This document shows positions 26,400 to 38,727 of a DNA stretch of 49,209 bases, piece after piece. Positions within the stretch are counted from its first letter, which is position 1. Every line of letters begins with the position of its first letter. Source of the DNA: Welwitschia mirabilis (Eukaryota); contig JBOZIK010000001.1 of assembly GCA_051453625.1 (NCBI GenBank), forward strand, positions 1,497,254 to 1,546,462. Direction: 5' to 3'. A model generated the notes under the pieces. The model was not told the origin of the DNA. It worked only from the letters and a program-made list of their open reading frames with translations, and did not search any database. Made by a program: the position numbers and the translations under genes.

Positions 26400-27150
26400 T
26401 TAAAAGAAAATCAACTAAGACCATAAAATAATTTTTGAATAACACTTCTTTTTCTTAGGTAATCTTGAGTAAAGTTTCCAAACCCAAATCCAAATTCTCT
26501 AACAAATAGCCTAGGCTAATTCTTAAATCATGGAAACCCTTAACTAATAAAAAAAAAGATCTTCCTCCAACCCATGAATCTAAGAGCCTTGAAAATTTTG
26601 AAAGAATTAAGGATAGTGAAACCAATGATACTTAAGCCACATCCATTAGGAATGAGGAAGAACTATTGAGAAACAAGAGTGTTAAGATCTAAATACAAGA
26701 TTTCTCATAAACTGATTTTATTTCTCCTCTTTCAATTATTTCATAAAGAGATTACTCATATAGACAAGCACAATACTAGCATTTTCACAAATCCCTAAGC
26801 ATGAAACCATGGTGTTTATGAGTCTTAATCTCAACATGGGAATATGCTCTCATTCAAAGGAAAACCAGAGTGCCTAGATGAAAAATCTTGGAAATACACC
26901 CTATAATAAAACCTTTAGAAAGGAGTTTTGGTATGAGGGAACTACTTCATAAAAGAATTAGTCAATTTACTACTACAAATCCCATCGTAAATAGGCTTAT
27001 TACACATCCTGTAAAACTAGGTCAAAACATGTACTAAAAATCTTACAATACTAGGCCATATTTGTACTAGGATTAGGTGTGACTTCAATCAGAGACTTAT
27101 AAGTTAAATGAAGCCCACCATGTGTAAGAAAGAAATGAGTTTGACTTAAC
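26400..27150 (-). repeat. 3' non-coding/LTR region of the second copia copy
   Basis: Homologous in reverse complement to 11580-11810. Exact LTR limits are unresolved. Confidence 0.5.
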
Positions 27151-30101
27151 TCATCATCAATCCAATATTGGATTGAAAATACTAAAACCTCTCTCAACCA
27201 AGTGATTTTGTAAGGATATTGGTAGTTTATTTAATGATAAGATAGTATATTGATGTAATAATTTCATTTTGTATGAGTTCTTTAATTTTGTGGGTGCCAA
27301 CACAAAGTGTTTTGTCCTATCATGATGCACTGGATCTTTCACTATGAAAATTACTAGTTGATTATTAATGAAAAGTTCTATTACTTTAGTCTATTTCAGA
27401 TTCATAGCTTCTAATAATTTTCTTAGCTATTTAATCTTTCTACATGCTTTAGAAGTAGTAGTATATTTATCTTTGGTTGAATATAATATTATAGTTCTCT
27501 AACACTTTGATCACCAAGGTAGAGGTGATGTTTCGAAGAACATGATATACCCTAATGTTGACAATAAGNNNNNNNNNNNNNNNNNNNNNNNNNNNNNNNN
27601 NNNNNNNNNNNNNNNNNNNNNNNNNNNNNNNNNNNNNNNNNNNNNNNNNNNNNNNNNNNNNNNNNNNNGATATACCCTAATGTTGACAATAAGGTATCAA
27701 TTCCTATAACAAAATATAAGTTAAATTATGACTTGAGGATGAATCAAGAGTTTCTTTTATAGATGAGACCTAACTCTCTTATCTTCTTTAGATATCTTAA
27801 TACTCTCTTTGCAACATTTAGATGAGTGACCTTAGGAACATGAAGATATATTGATAACACAACAATAATATATGATATGTTTAGTCTAGTATTGATTATA
27901 TAAATTAGTCTTTCAATTATACCTATGCATTTCATTTCATTTATAGGTTCTGGATGTTTATGAATAGATATCTTAGCATTTTTCTCTAAAGACATTACAA
28001 CTTCCTGTGCATCTTTTAGTCAAAATTTATTGATCATATTTCCAATGTACTTATTTTGTATTAAGAAGATTTCATCTTTTTCCTAAAAAATTTCTACACC
28101 TAAGTATAATCTGATCAATATGAGATTAGAAATCTTAATATCTTACTCAATGTGATTTTTATTCATTTTACATCTTCTTTATTACTTCCTGTTATCAACA
28201 TATCATCTACATATACCACTATGAATGTATATTTTGTCCATGAGATTTGATAAATAATGTGGCATTCACATCTTGGTAATCACATAATATGAAACCAATG
28301 GAACTTAAATAATTTGCAAGCTTAGTATACCAAGCTCTTGATGCTTATTTTAGCCTATATAAAGACTTGATTAATTTCCACACCTTGTGTTCTTTTCCAT
28401 TTTCTTTAAAACCCTTTGGATGCATAATCTAGATTTCTTTTTTTAAGTATCCATGGAGAAAGGTAATCTTTATATCTAATTGATAAAGTTTTCATCCTTT
28501 TTATGCTACCAAGGCAATCACTATTCTAATGGTAGTTTATTTTGCTGTTGGAGTAAAGACTTTATTATAGTTAAGTCCTTTTTTTTTATTATAGTCCTAT
28601 AGCAACAAGACAAGATTTATGTCACTAAAGGGTATTACCCACATTATATTTATTATGAGAAATCAATTTGTTAGATAATATAGTGCATTCTAATAGAATA
28701 TCTATTAACTCCCAAGTGTTGTTTTCAAGAAGGATATCATATTCTTCTTACATGACTTTTATTCAACGATCATGTTGAATAGTAGTTTTAAATGAGGTCA
28801 GTTTAGCATCAAAAGTTAGATGGAGCTCATCATTATCATCATCATAAGATGTATGTGAGCCATGTTTAGTTCTAGTTTTACCCTTTTCATTATTATGAAC
28901 ATATTAGAGAGTAGACTGTAAATAAGTACCTTGATGTTTCCTATGGATAATAGTAGCTTATTCGGTCAAAAAACTTGCTAAATTACTACTAGAATCATGA
29001 TTAAGGATGCTTATAGAACTAAATTTCTCAATTCCTATAGGTTACAAGAAGCAACATAGTAGAAGGAATTAGAGCATAACTAGTGGCTACATCTCCCACC
29101 TCAACTATAGGATATTGAGCATCTAAAATTATTGCCTAGTTAGAGAAAAGATGAAGCTTCCAAATATTAAGATAAAAATATGAGAAACAATGATCTTATG
29201 ATGCATTATAAGATAAACTCGATAATCCTTTTGGTCAGCTGGACATCCCACAAAGATGCTACTACAAGCATGTGTTTCAAATTCATCACAATGTTCATGT
29301 GGAATATGGATATAGCACTTGCAATCAAGTACATGGAAGTGATAGAACTTCAGCTTGTACTCATACCACCTCTCAGCTAGAGATACTCCCTTTTTAATAT
29401 ATTGACTAATGTGGTTATTAAGATGCATAGTGGTATTCACTATTTCACCTTAGAGATAAGTCTTATAACCATCGAAATACATCATGGAATGTGCTATATC
29501 CATAATTTTGTAATTAAATCACTTAGTAATGCCATTTTATTGAGGTGTTCTAGGATAGGTCTTCAAATGATGAATTCCTTCAGAAGTAAGAAAGTCCTTA
29601 AACTTTATAGATGTATATTGACCACAATTATCTCTATGAAAAATCTTAATTTAATAATTAACTTGCTTTTCTACTTTAATTTTAAACTTCTTGAAAATGT
29701 TCAAGATCTAAGTTTTGAACTTGATGAAATATACCCAAGTCATTTGGGAATAGTCATTAATAAAAGATATAAAATAACGAAAGCGATGGAAAGTAGAAAC
29801 TAGCATAGATTCACATAGATCATGATGAATAAGCAAAAGCTTCTAATTGGCATGCCATTTACTTGACGTAAATCATTGTCTAGTTACTTTACCCATTATA
29901 CATGCTTCACACCAAGTAAAAACCTATGGAATGGATGAAAGAAACTAATGGCTATTCTTATGGATTATATTCATCATGTGAGGAGTAGGATGTTCTAGTT
30001 GAGCATGCCATAGTAGTAAGGGAGATATCTCGCCTTGGGAAACTATGCAAGTAATATCTTACATTCTGATATAACTTTGAAGATGAATAAGATTTCCATC
30101 C
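27150..30101 (-). pseudogene. Ty1/copia pol relic, same family as 8600-11370
   Basis: LWHAQLEH and CEACIMGK (about 30020-29890), integrase ORF 29129-29440, RT IVVYVDDMLIT (about 28190-28230), ORF 27744-27995 (TRLNISY...HLNVAKRVLRYLK) and RNase H ORF 27157-27342 (KDPVHHDRTKH). Confidence 0.9.
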
Positions 30102-33100
30102 NNNNNNNNNNNNNNNNNNNNNNNNNNNNNNNNNNNNNNNNNNNNNNNNNNNNNNNNNNNNNNNNNNNNNNNNNNNNNNNNNNNNNNNNNNNNNNNNNNN
30201 NNNNNNNNNNNNNNNNNNNNNNNNNNNNNNNNNNNNNNNNNNNNNNNNNNNNNNNNNNNNNNNNNNNNNNNNNNNNNNNNNNNNNNNNNNNNNNNNNNNN
30301 NNNNNNNNNNNNNNNNNNNNNNNNNNNNNNNNNNNNNNNNNNNNNNNNNNNNNNNNNNNNNNNNNNNNNNNNNNNNNNNNNNNNNNNNNNNNNNNNNNNN
30401 NNNNNNNNNNNNNNNNNNNNNNNNNNNNNNNNNNNNNNNNNNNNNNNNNNNNNNNNNNNNNNNNNNNNNNNNNNNNNNNNNNNNNNNNNNNNNNNNNNNN
30501 NNNNNNNNNNNNNNNNNNNNNNNNNNNNNNNNNNNNNNNNNNNNNNNNNNNNNNNNNNNNNNNNNNNNNNNNNNNNNNNNNNNNNNNNNNNNNNNNNNNN
30601 NNNNNNNNNNNNNNNNNNNNNNNNNATATGATAGTAAAAATCAATAAAAGATGCGACCTTAAAGAAAGCACATACAAAACATGAAAAACAGTCTATGGAG
30701 AGAGAGAGATGTTAAGTTAAGGGTAACTAAACCATAGACTTCCACTAGAATTGAAGTTCTATTTGCCAACTAAACATGACTTGATGCATTAACGAAGTCA
30801 TCAAAATAATCATGTTAATAAGTTATGTGATGAATAATACTTATGTCAAGAATTTACATCTCATCATGAGGTATGTATGCATTCATACCCATAAAATTAG
30901 AGTTGTTAAAAATTGCAATTGACTTAAAATTTTCATCATCAAGGGATTTAGATTCTTAAGTAATTATGTTAGCCTTAGGTGTAGATTTAATCTTGTCCTA
31001 AGGTATTTGACTAAAGTCCATAATATACCCTTATCTTTCATATCATGAGCACTGATATTTGCTTTTCTTTGGAGTAGCAATATGCTAAAATTGATTCTTA
31101 TTTAGCTGAGTCTAATTAGGCTTTTTAGTTGGCCATTTCTATGGATCCTTATACTTTTTATGATGTAATGCCTTTGGCAGATAAGAGTTACTAGAAGACT
31201 GCTTATGTTGATAAGGCAGTTCACAAGAATAAAAAACTTTGAATGCTGCATCATACGATGAGGAATTTGTGAAGTTAAATTATGCTTATGTGGTAATAAG
31301 ATCTTTACTAAGCATGTCAAAGTTTATATTAGGTAGCTACTTAATTCCATGAAGAGATAGAATGTAGCTACAAAGAGATGAATCCTTCAAACAGTAATGA
31401 ACCAAGTTGATGTAATGAATGTAGACTTTGTTTGTTGGGTCTATCTTAGCAACCTTTGTTTTAATATCTATCATTTGAGCTATGTAATAATTCATTTTAT
31501 CCCTTTAATAATGAAGGTTATTCATGCTCGTGATAAGATTAATTAGTTTTAAATCACTCTTTGTATAAAATCTATTACACAAAGTATAATAGTTGGTATA
31601 ACTAGACTTGCTTCTATTAACCAACTTTTTATGCGAAACGACCACTAATTTTTACATTATCTATGTAAGCTTGTGATCAATGGCTTATCATGCATCTTCT
31701 TCATTTACATTCTTAAGAGGAGTATGTGCTCGTTCAAAAAATTATTTATGAAATCCCTAAATGCACATTATAGATATGAAGTTCTTATTCCAATCCTCTT
31801 AACTCTGATCATCATGTAAGATCACCCCAAGGTTGGTCATTATTTGAGTAGTCAATATAGAAGTGAAGTTATTTGACAAAATCTAGAATATTCCTTTCAA
31901 CAAAGTAGACACGATGAATGCTAAAAAGAGAAAAAGAAGGTTTGACAAGTTGTGAGATAAAGTCAAATTACAAAGAGATCTTGCTCACATCCACTATTGA
32001 AAAAAAGTGATTTATTTGATACACAAAAAAAACTCATCAAAAACCAAAAAAAGAAAAGAAACTAAGAAAAAATGAATACAATGGTATAGTCATCGAAAAA
32101 GGGATTTTTATCTGATATACATAATGATCTATCCAAGTCATAATGTAATAAAGAAAATAGAGTCATGAAGGAGAGGCATAGTCACAATGAAAGGGAATCA
32201 ATCCCACAAATCCAAGTAATCTATTGAAACCACAATGCGTAAAAACTATGACAAAGCCCTCTAAATAAGAAAAAAATCTACACACAGAAGAACAAATAAG
32301 GTATTTTGTTAAAAAGGTTCTTAATGTGAGTAAGGTAAATTTTAATGCAAATGAGCTTAGTTTGATTATTAGGTGATGAAAATGAAGATTTGTCAATTCT
32401 AGAGTTTGCTTCCAAATCCAGGTAGTAATCACGTCCTCTCTAAGGATGGTACCCTTGTCTTCTGAGGGAGTGAAAGGATAAAAATATAAATCACCTTATT
32501 GGGTTGTCCAAGTTATCGGCCAGTTTTGGTTACCTAAGTTATATACCCCCCTTAAGGGAAAGTACCATGTAATGTTGATGACCTAGTTATATTTTAGACT
32601 CAGTAAATTTTAAAATGAACTTATACTTATGATTCCTTGTTAACTTATTGATGAAATCTAAATGGACCCTACCACTATGCCTTTAGCCTTCATCCAATAT
32701 TCCCTTGCTTACCAAGGCATACACAAGAAACTAAACCTTGAGGTTCTTGGGATGTTTTTGCTTAATAGAGATAGCTTTCCGTATGGCACAAACTTCACAG
32801 TTAAGATAGCTAAGACTACATAATAAGCTCAGAGGGCAGTGCAGCCTGACATGGATCTCTGTCTATATAAGGCTTCTTATGCTCGCCTTTAACTAAGACT
32901 TTGCCAGTGGAAAACNNNNNNNNNNNNNNNNNNNNNNNNNNNNNNNNNNNNNNNNNNNNNNNNNNNNNNNNNNNNNNNNNNNNNNNNNNNNNNNNNNNNN
33001 NNNNNNNNNNNNNNNNNNNNNNNNNNNNNNNNNNNNNNNNNNNNNNNNNNNNNNNNNNNNNNNNNNNNNNNNNNNNNNNNNNNNNNNNNNNNNNNNNNNN

Positions 33101-35899
33101 NNNNNNNNNNNNNNNNNNNNNNNNNNNNNNNNNNNNNNNNNNNNNNNNNNNNNNNNNNNNNNNNNNNNNNNNNNNNNNNNNNNNNNNNNNNNNNNNNNNN
33201 NNNNNNNNNNNNNNNNNNNNNNNNNNNNNNNNNNNNNNNNNNNNNNNNNNNNNNNNNNNNNNNNNNNNNNNNNNNNNNNNNNNNNNNNNNNNNNNNNNNN
33301 NNNNNNNNNNNNNNNNNNNNNNNNNNNNNNNNNNNNNNNNNNNNNNNNNNNNNNNNNNNNNNNNNNNNNNNNNNNNNNNNNNNNNNNNNNNNNNNNNNNN
33401 NNNNNNNNNNNNNNNNNNNNNNNNNNNNNNNNNNNNNNNNNNNNNNNNNNNNNNNNNNNNNNNNNNNNNNNNNNNNNNNNNNNNNNNNNNNNNNNNNNNA
33501 TCTCTGTCTATATAAGGCTTCTTATGCTCGCCTTTAACTAAGATTTTGCCAGTGGAAAACCTAATGTGTTTAGGGGTGAGAGATAATTTCCAATTTTAAA
33601 CCTTAATCACAAAAAACAATAAATTTTAAATATGAGAAAAAGTAAAGAAAAATACCAAAAAGCACACACAAGAACAGGGAACGATTTGGTATAGTTAAGC
33701 TAAGTGGATCTTGCTCCATATCCAAACTTGACTTGATGGAAAAAAACAAGGTTAAGGGCTTACAATCAACAAATAAATGCTTAAAAACCTTTGAAAATTA
33801 TGAAAAAAGCTTAAAAAGACTAAGTTTAGGACTTACAATGTGAAAATACCCAAAAAAAACTTAAGAAAATAGGAGGATGAAAATCCAAAATAAGCTCAAA
33901 TTAGCTAAAAATGAAAAAATATCTATGTGTACATGACTAAGCTAATGGCTGAGCAATAGCTTAGCTAATCAAATGTGCACAAATACAAACTATGGAGGAG
34001 CAATTAGTTGACACTTCTGCATGTATGCAAAAAATAGAGAAGAGCTAGTACAAATTTTGAAAAAAATCGTTTTGCCTCACATGGGAATCAAACTCTAAAC
34101 CTACACCTCAATAAATAAGCATCTTAACCATTACATGAAGTGGCAAGTAAGGAGTTGAGCACATGCATGGAGTGAAAAAGGATGCATGCTATTCAAACTC
34201 ATAAGAAACAATCATAACGGCAAAGAATCTAGGGCTACACAGAAAGGGTGTCGCTGAAGCAAGAAAGAGTTGCGAAAGCAGGAGGTGTGCACTGAACATT
34301 GCATACGTGATGATAAATCGTGGGGTAGAAGGGCATGTCAAAGGCGCGCAAGAACACTACGTAGGTAAAAGAGAAACACACTACCAGAAAAGCATGCTGT
34401 CTGAAAAACACGCGGTAAGTGCTGACAGTCGGTGAGCAGCGGCAGATCCAGTAGAGCGAAGAGCAGGAGTGCGTGGAGGAGTTAACTCACAGGGCATAGC
34501 ACAGAGAATAGTTTCAAGAGGCCCGTGGGTGGCGGAAACAAAAACTAGGCTTGACACTAAATAAGAGGGCCACCGAGCAGGGAGCTAGAACGATGCTGGA
34601 AGTGCATGGCAATGTGCTAGAGGATCACAACACAGCATAGAGGAGCAGCGGAAAAGCGCACAGATGATGAAGTGCTAGGGAACAGAGCTAAGCAACAGCA
34701 GGCAGCAGTAGAGCAATGAAGCTACGTAGTAGCAAGTGGAGGGAGCTCGATGAGCTTTGGACGAGCTGGCGACGCTGCACCAGAGGACCAGACACAAAGG
34801 ATGAGCATCACTTTGGAGGATGAACGCCACATTGGAGAGTATGGTTCTGCTATACTGAAGGCAAAGCCCGTGCTGAGTAGGAATTGATCGACACCATAAA
34901 CAGACATTGAAGAAACGTCAATGAAAAGAAAAACTCCACCGAGTAAGCCGAATGTTACAAGAGAGCAGGGCAGTAACACACTAGGAAGCGGCTGCAGAAG
35001 AAATAGCAAATAAGTGCGTACGAGGAGGAGCACTAGTGCTTGCGTGCAGTGACAAAGTAGTAATNNNNNNNNNNNNNNNNNNNNNNNNNNNNNNNNNNNN
35101 NNNNNNNNNNNNNNNNNNNNNNNNNNNNNNNNNNNNNNNNNNNNNNNNNNNNNNNNNNNNNNNNNNNNNNNNNNNNNNNNNNNNNNNNNNNNNNNNNNNN
35201 NNNNNNNNNNNNNNNNNNNNNNNNNNNNNNNNNNNNNNNNNNNNNNNNNNNNNNNNNNNNNNNNNNNNNNNNNNNNNNNNNNNNNNNNNNNNNNNNNNNN
35301 NNNNNNNNNNNNNNNNNNNNNNNNNNNNNNNNNNNNNNNNNNNNNNNNNNNNNNNNNNNNNNNNNNNNNNNNNNNNNNNNNNNNNNNNNNNNNNNNNNNN
35401 NNNNNNNNNNNNNNNNNNNNNNNNNNNNNNNNNNNNNNNNNNNNNNNNNNNNNNNNNNNNNNNNNNNNNNNNNNNNNNNNNNNNNNNNNNNNNNNNNNNN
35501 NNNNNNNNNNNNNNNNNNNNNNNNNNNNNNNNNNNNNNNNNNNNNNNNNNNNNNNNNNNNNNNNNNNNNNNNNNNNNNNNNNNNNNNNNNNNNNNNNNNN
35601 NNNNNNNNNNNNNNNNNNNNNNNNNGCGCGACATAGAAAATGAGAGCACAGAGTATCAACGGTGGGGTTGCAGGGAACACGGCTTGAAGATCCCTGACTA
35701 TCTTGACTTTAAGAGAAAACAAGATCAAAAATGAGACAGCCACGAAAAACAAATAGATGCTGTTAAACATGGGTCAAGACCTATAATTTGAGGTACTCAA
35801 GTTGTCAAAGGCGAATGAACAAACTAGTTTCAACAAATAGTACTATAGAAAAATGGGTTAACTTTCAAACCCTACAAAACTACTGCACAAAAAAAAAAA

Positions 35900-38727
35900 A
35901 AAAAAAGTAGGGTAAAGAATCCTAATAAAAGAATATTATATGAAAACCCACAAAAATAATTATAAAACCTAAACAATATGAGGAAATTCATAAGGATCTT
36001 GAATTGAAGGATGGTTTAGTAAAGGATTGGTTTTTTGTGAGCAATCTATATTTTGGAGTAGGGTTAACATATTACACGATGATTCAGAAGATAAACAACC
36101 ATGCAACGAAGGATATATCTTAGAGAGTTATAGAAAAATAGATAAGCCTTTAAGCGACATTACAAATAAAATATTGAATTGCAACCTCTAGGGCTTAAAC
36201 AATCACATGAGGAGGAATTCATTAGTACCCTTAGCAAGGGAAAGAACATTAATGATAATCCCTTACTTGATCCATCCTTAACTTTCTGCCAACAACTTCA
36301 TGAACCAATCATAGCATCTTCACCTTTTATTAAGCAAGACCCAAGCCTTAGTAAAGAAATCAAACCTTTTATAGAATTGAAATAAACTTTTAATGACCTT
36401 AATTCTTCTAATGAACACTTACTTCGTTAAGTAATTTCCAAATCATTTTCAACTTCGTCCCAAAATAATGTCCTGCAAGAGTTATTGATTAAACATAAAC
36501 AAGCTAAGGGATGGTCTATTACTAATCTTAAATGCATAAACGTTTCTACTTATACTAATGTTCCTTATAATTTCATAAACCCTTGCATAAAAATTTACAT
36601 AGATTCCCTCTTAGTTCAAGTTTCAAATCATTCAACCTTCATTTATACATTATTAAGCCTTCATGCACATATCATCTTAGAGAATTTTTTGCTTTTAGAT
36701 TTGATTTATTTTGGGGAGAAAAGACTTAAACACATGTGTGCTTGATGGTTTATCTTGCTCCAAACCTTATAAGAATGTCCATCTTTACAATCATTGCCTT
36801 AAACAATTTTACTTAGGAAATGTTAAATTTCATCCCCTTAAGTCCTTTCATTTATTCCTTCCATTTTCTAATGACCTCACTAAACTAATAAACCATCTAC
36901 CTTAACTATTAATCTATTAATTTATGAGACTTATAGACTCAAGTTTATGGCCTTGAACAAAAATCAATAATAAGTGATCTCATTATCACTTATGTAGCCA
37001 TTTTAATTAAACTCTTATAGGTTTTTAAGGAAGAGTATTGCTTATTTTGAGTGTGATGGTTAATAGCAAGTTCCTTAAGGTCTTTGATTTTAGTAAAACT
37101 TGGTTGAAAAGGTAGAATCTACCTTCGTACATGTTCCTTAAGTCTAATTAATTTGTTGGGGATAATATTTGCCTTGATTAGATTAATGAGCCAAGGATCC
37201 CTTAAATGTGCATAAAAAATGAATATAAGAAAATGAATAAAAGAAAAATAATCTATCTCTTCTCTAAACACACATAACTTTAATCATTTAATTGGGCTAA
37301 GTTAAGTACATTAGGGTTATTAATTCTCACTAGCAATGTAGTTCTAACCGTCTATTTTATGACATGTTTAATTGCATCGGGGCTATAGGTGTTTGATGGC
37401 AATGCAACATTGACTCCTTCACACATCAACATACTTAATTCTATTGAAGGAATATGTCATAACACTAGATGCTCAATATAATTCAAAAGCTTAAACTAAG
37501 GACATGTATGTTGGAAGAAAGATAAAATAAGGGAAATAAAAAGGTGAGATTGGAGGCTCTCTATGTTTTGTTGTTTTTTAACTTTCACACTTAGAAGCTG
37601 CTTTGATTTCCTAAATTCATATAAGTTACTTTATCAAAAGTATGCTTGTTTAATATCAAGGTCCACTAAAAATACAAAAATATAATAAAGGCTAGTAACT
37701 TAGGTAGGCTCACTCATTTATTCATCAGTTAGTGGTTAATTCCATTATCACATTTTCATTGTCCGTCTCCATCATCCATTCCACTTCAATCCTACCTCAT
37801 AAAAATAAACTTTTTAAGGTTTGAATTTTTACTTAGGATTTTTAAAAATAAAATAGGCATTTTGCATTAGTCAGTTCTTCACTTTCATAGCCTACTTGCA
37901 TTGCTTCACATGATTTTCAATAAAAAGGACTCATTAAAAATCTTTCTAATAGTAGGTTCTCAAATACTTCAAACTTTCTATCATAAAATTTAAGGAAAAA
38001 GTTTAGTTTTGATTGGATAATTTGACATTTGATTTATTTACATTGAAATTTTTCAATTTGACACCTTAATTATAGAAATTCGGTCGTAAAAGTTTTTCAA
38101 AGTTATATCATTTGCACACTTGAGTTCTTTGACTTAAATAATTTTTTCATGTTTAACCATGTTGTTATCAATGTTTTGCTAAGTCACTGGCAAAAAACTA
38201 GTTAGAAGGTGTAATACCATGTAAAAATTAACATTACAATCAAGTTAAATGATCAATTTATCATAATGGAAGATATTAACATAATCAATTTTATCATAAA
38301 AACTTGTCTTCTATTGATTTTTACAATAATTATGAACTTATTGATTGTCCATGACATTTTTAAGGTATTTAATGCATTTTGAAGGATATGCCTAATTTTG
38401 AAGATCATTTAAGGTAGAGCTAGAACTACTGGAACCACTAGTCTATGAGGGTATATCACTTTCATTTTCATGTTTGTGAAATGTTTGATCAAATTTTACC
38501 TTGAAAAATCCTCCATTCTGAATGACATGTGGTGGTGATGACATTGACTTGCAATAGTGAAATTTGGCAAGGCTGAGTAGGATGATGATAGAGACACATA
38601 TGAATTATAGTGGTTGATAGAAGAATTAGCATCTAGGAGTCAAGTATTAGTCACATCATAAGAATCCATATCTAATGAAAACGATAACAAACTATCCTAC
38701 CTAATGTTATTATTATGTAACCACTCC
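35900..38727 (+). mobile_element. Second Athila-like non-autonomous fragment (pol stub, 3' non-coding region, PPT, truncated LTR from 38212)
   Basis: The non-coding region is homologous to 5900-7450 (e.g. gggctataggtgtttgatggcaatgcaaca vs gggctatagatgcttgttggaaatgcaaca). LTR start taataccatgtaaaaa; LTR homology stops at about 38727. Confidence 0.75.
35990..36560 (+). pseudogene. Athila pol relic: protease end and pre-RT linker
   Basis: KPFIELK...VISKS...LQELLIKHKQAKGWSITNLKCINVSTYT corresponds to Athila LELKPLP...VIISS...LLEVLKKHKKAIGWTIADIKGISPSICTH. Confidence 0.7.

Noticed and set aside
29402-29803. 133-aa plus-strand ORF as a novel gene
   Set aside because: It is the antisense shadow of the copia integrase on the minus strand.
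31801-31815. Met-i PBS and 5' LTR for the 27-30 kb copia (minus strand aca tgatgatcagagtt)
   Set aside because: The match is imperfect, and the adjacent sequence does not visibly match the element's 3' region, so the LTR pair could not be confirmed. Gag in 30630-31800 was too decayed to call.
34722-35033. 103-aa hydrophobic minus-strand ORF as a membrane protein
   Set aside because: Its Leu/Ser/Phe richness follows from the pyrimidine skew of that strand; there is no motif or gene-structure support.
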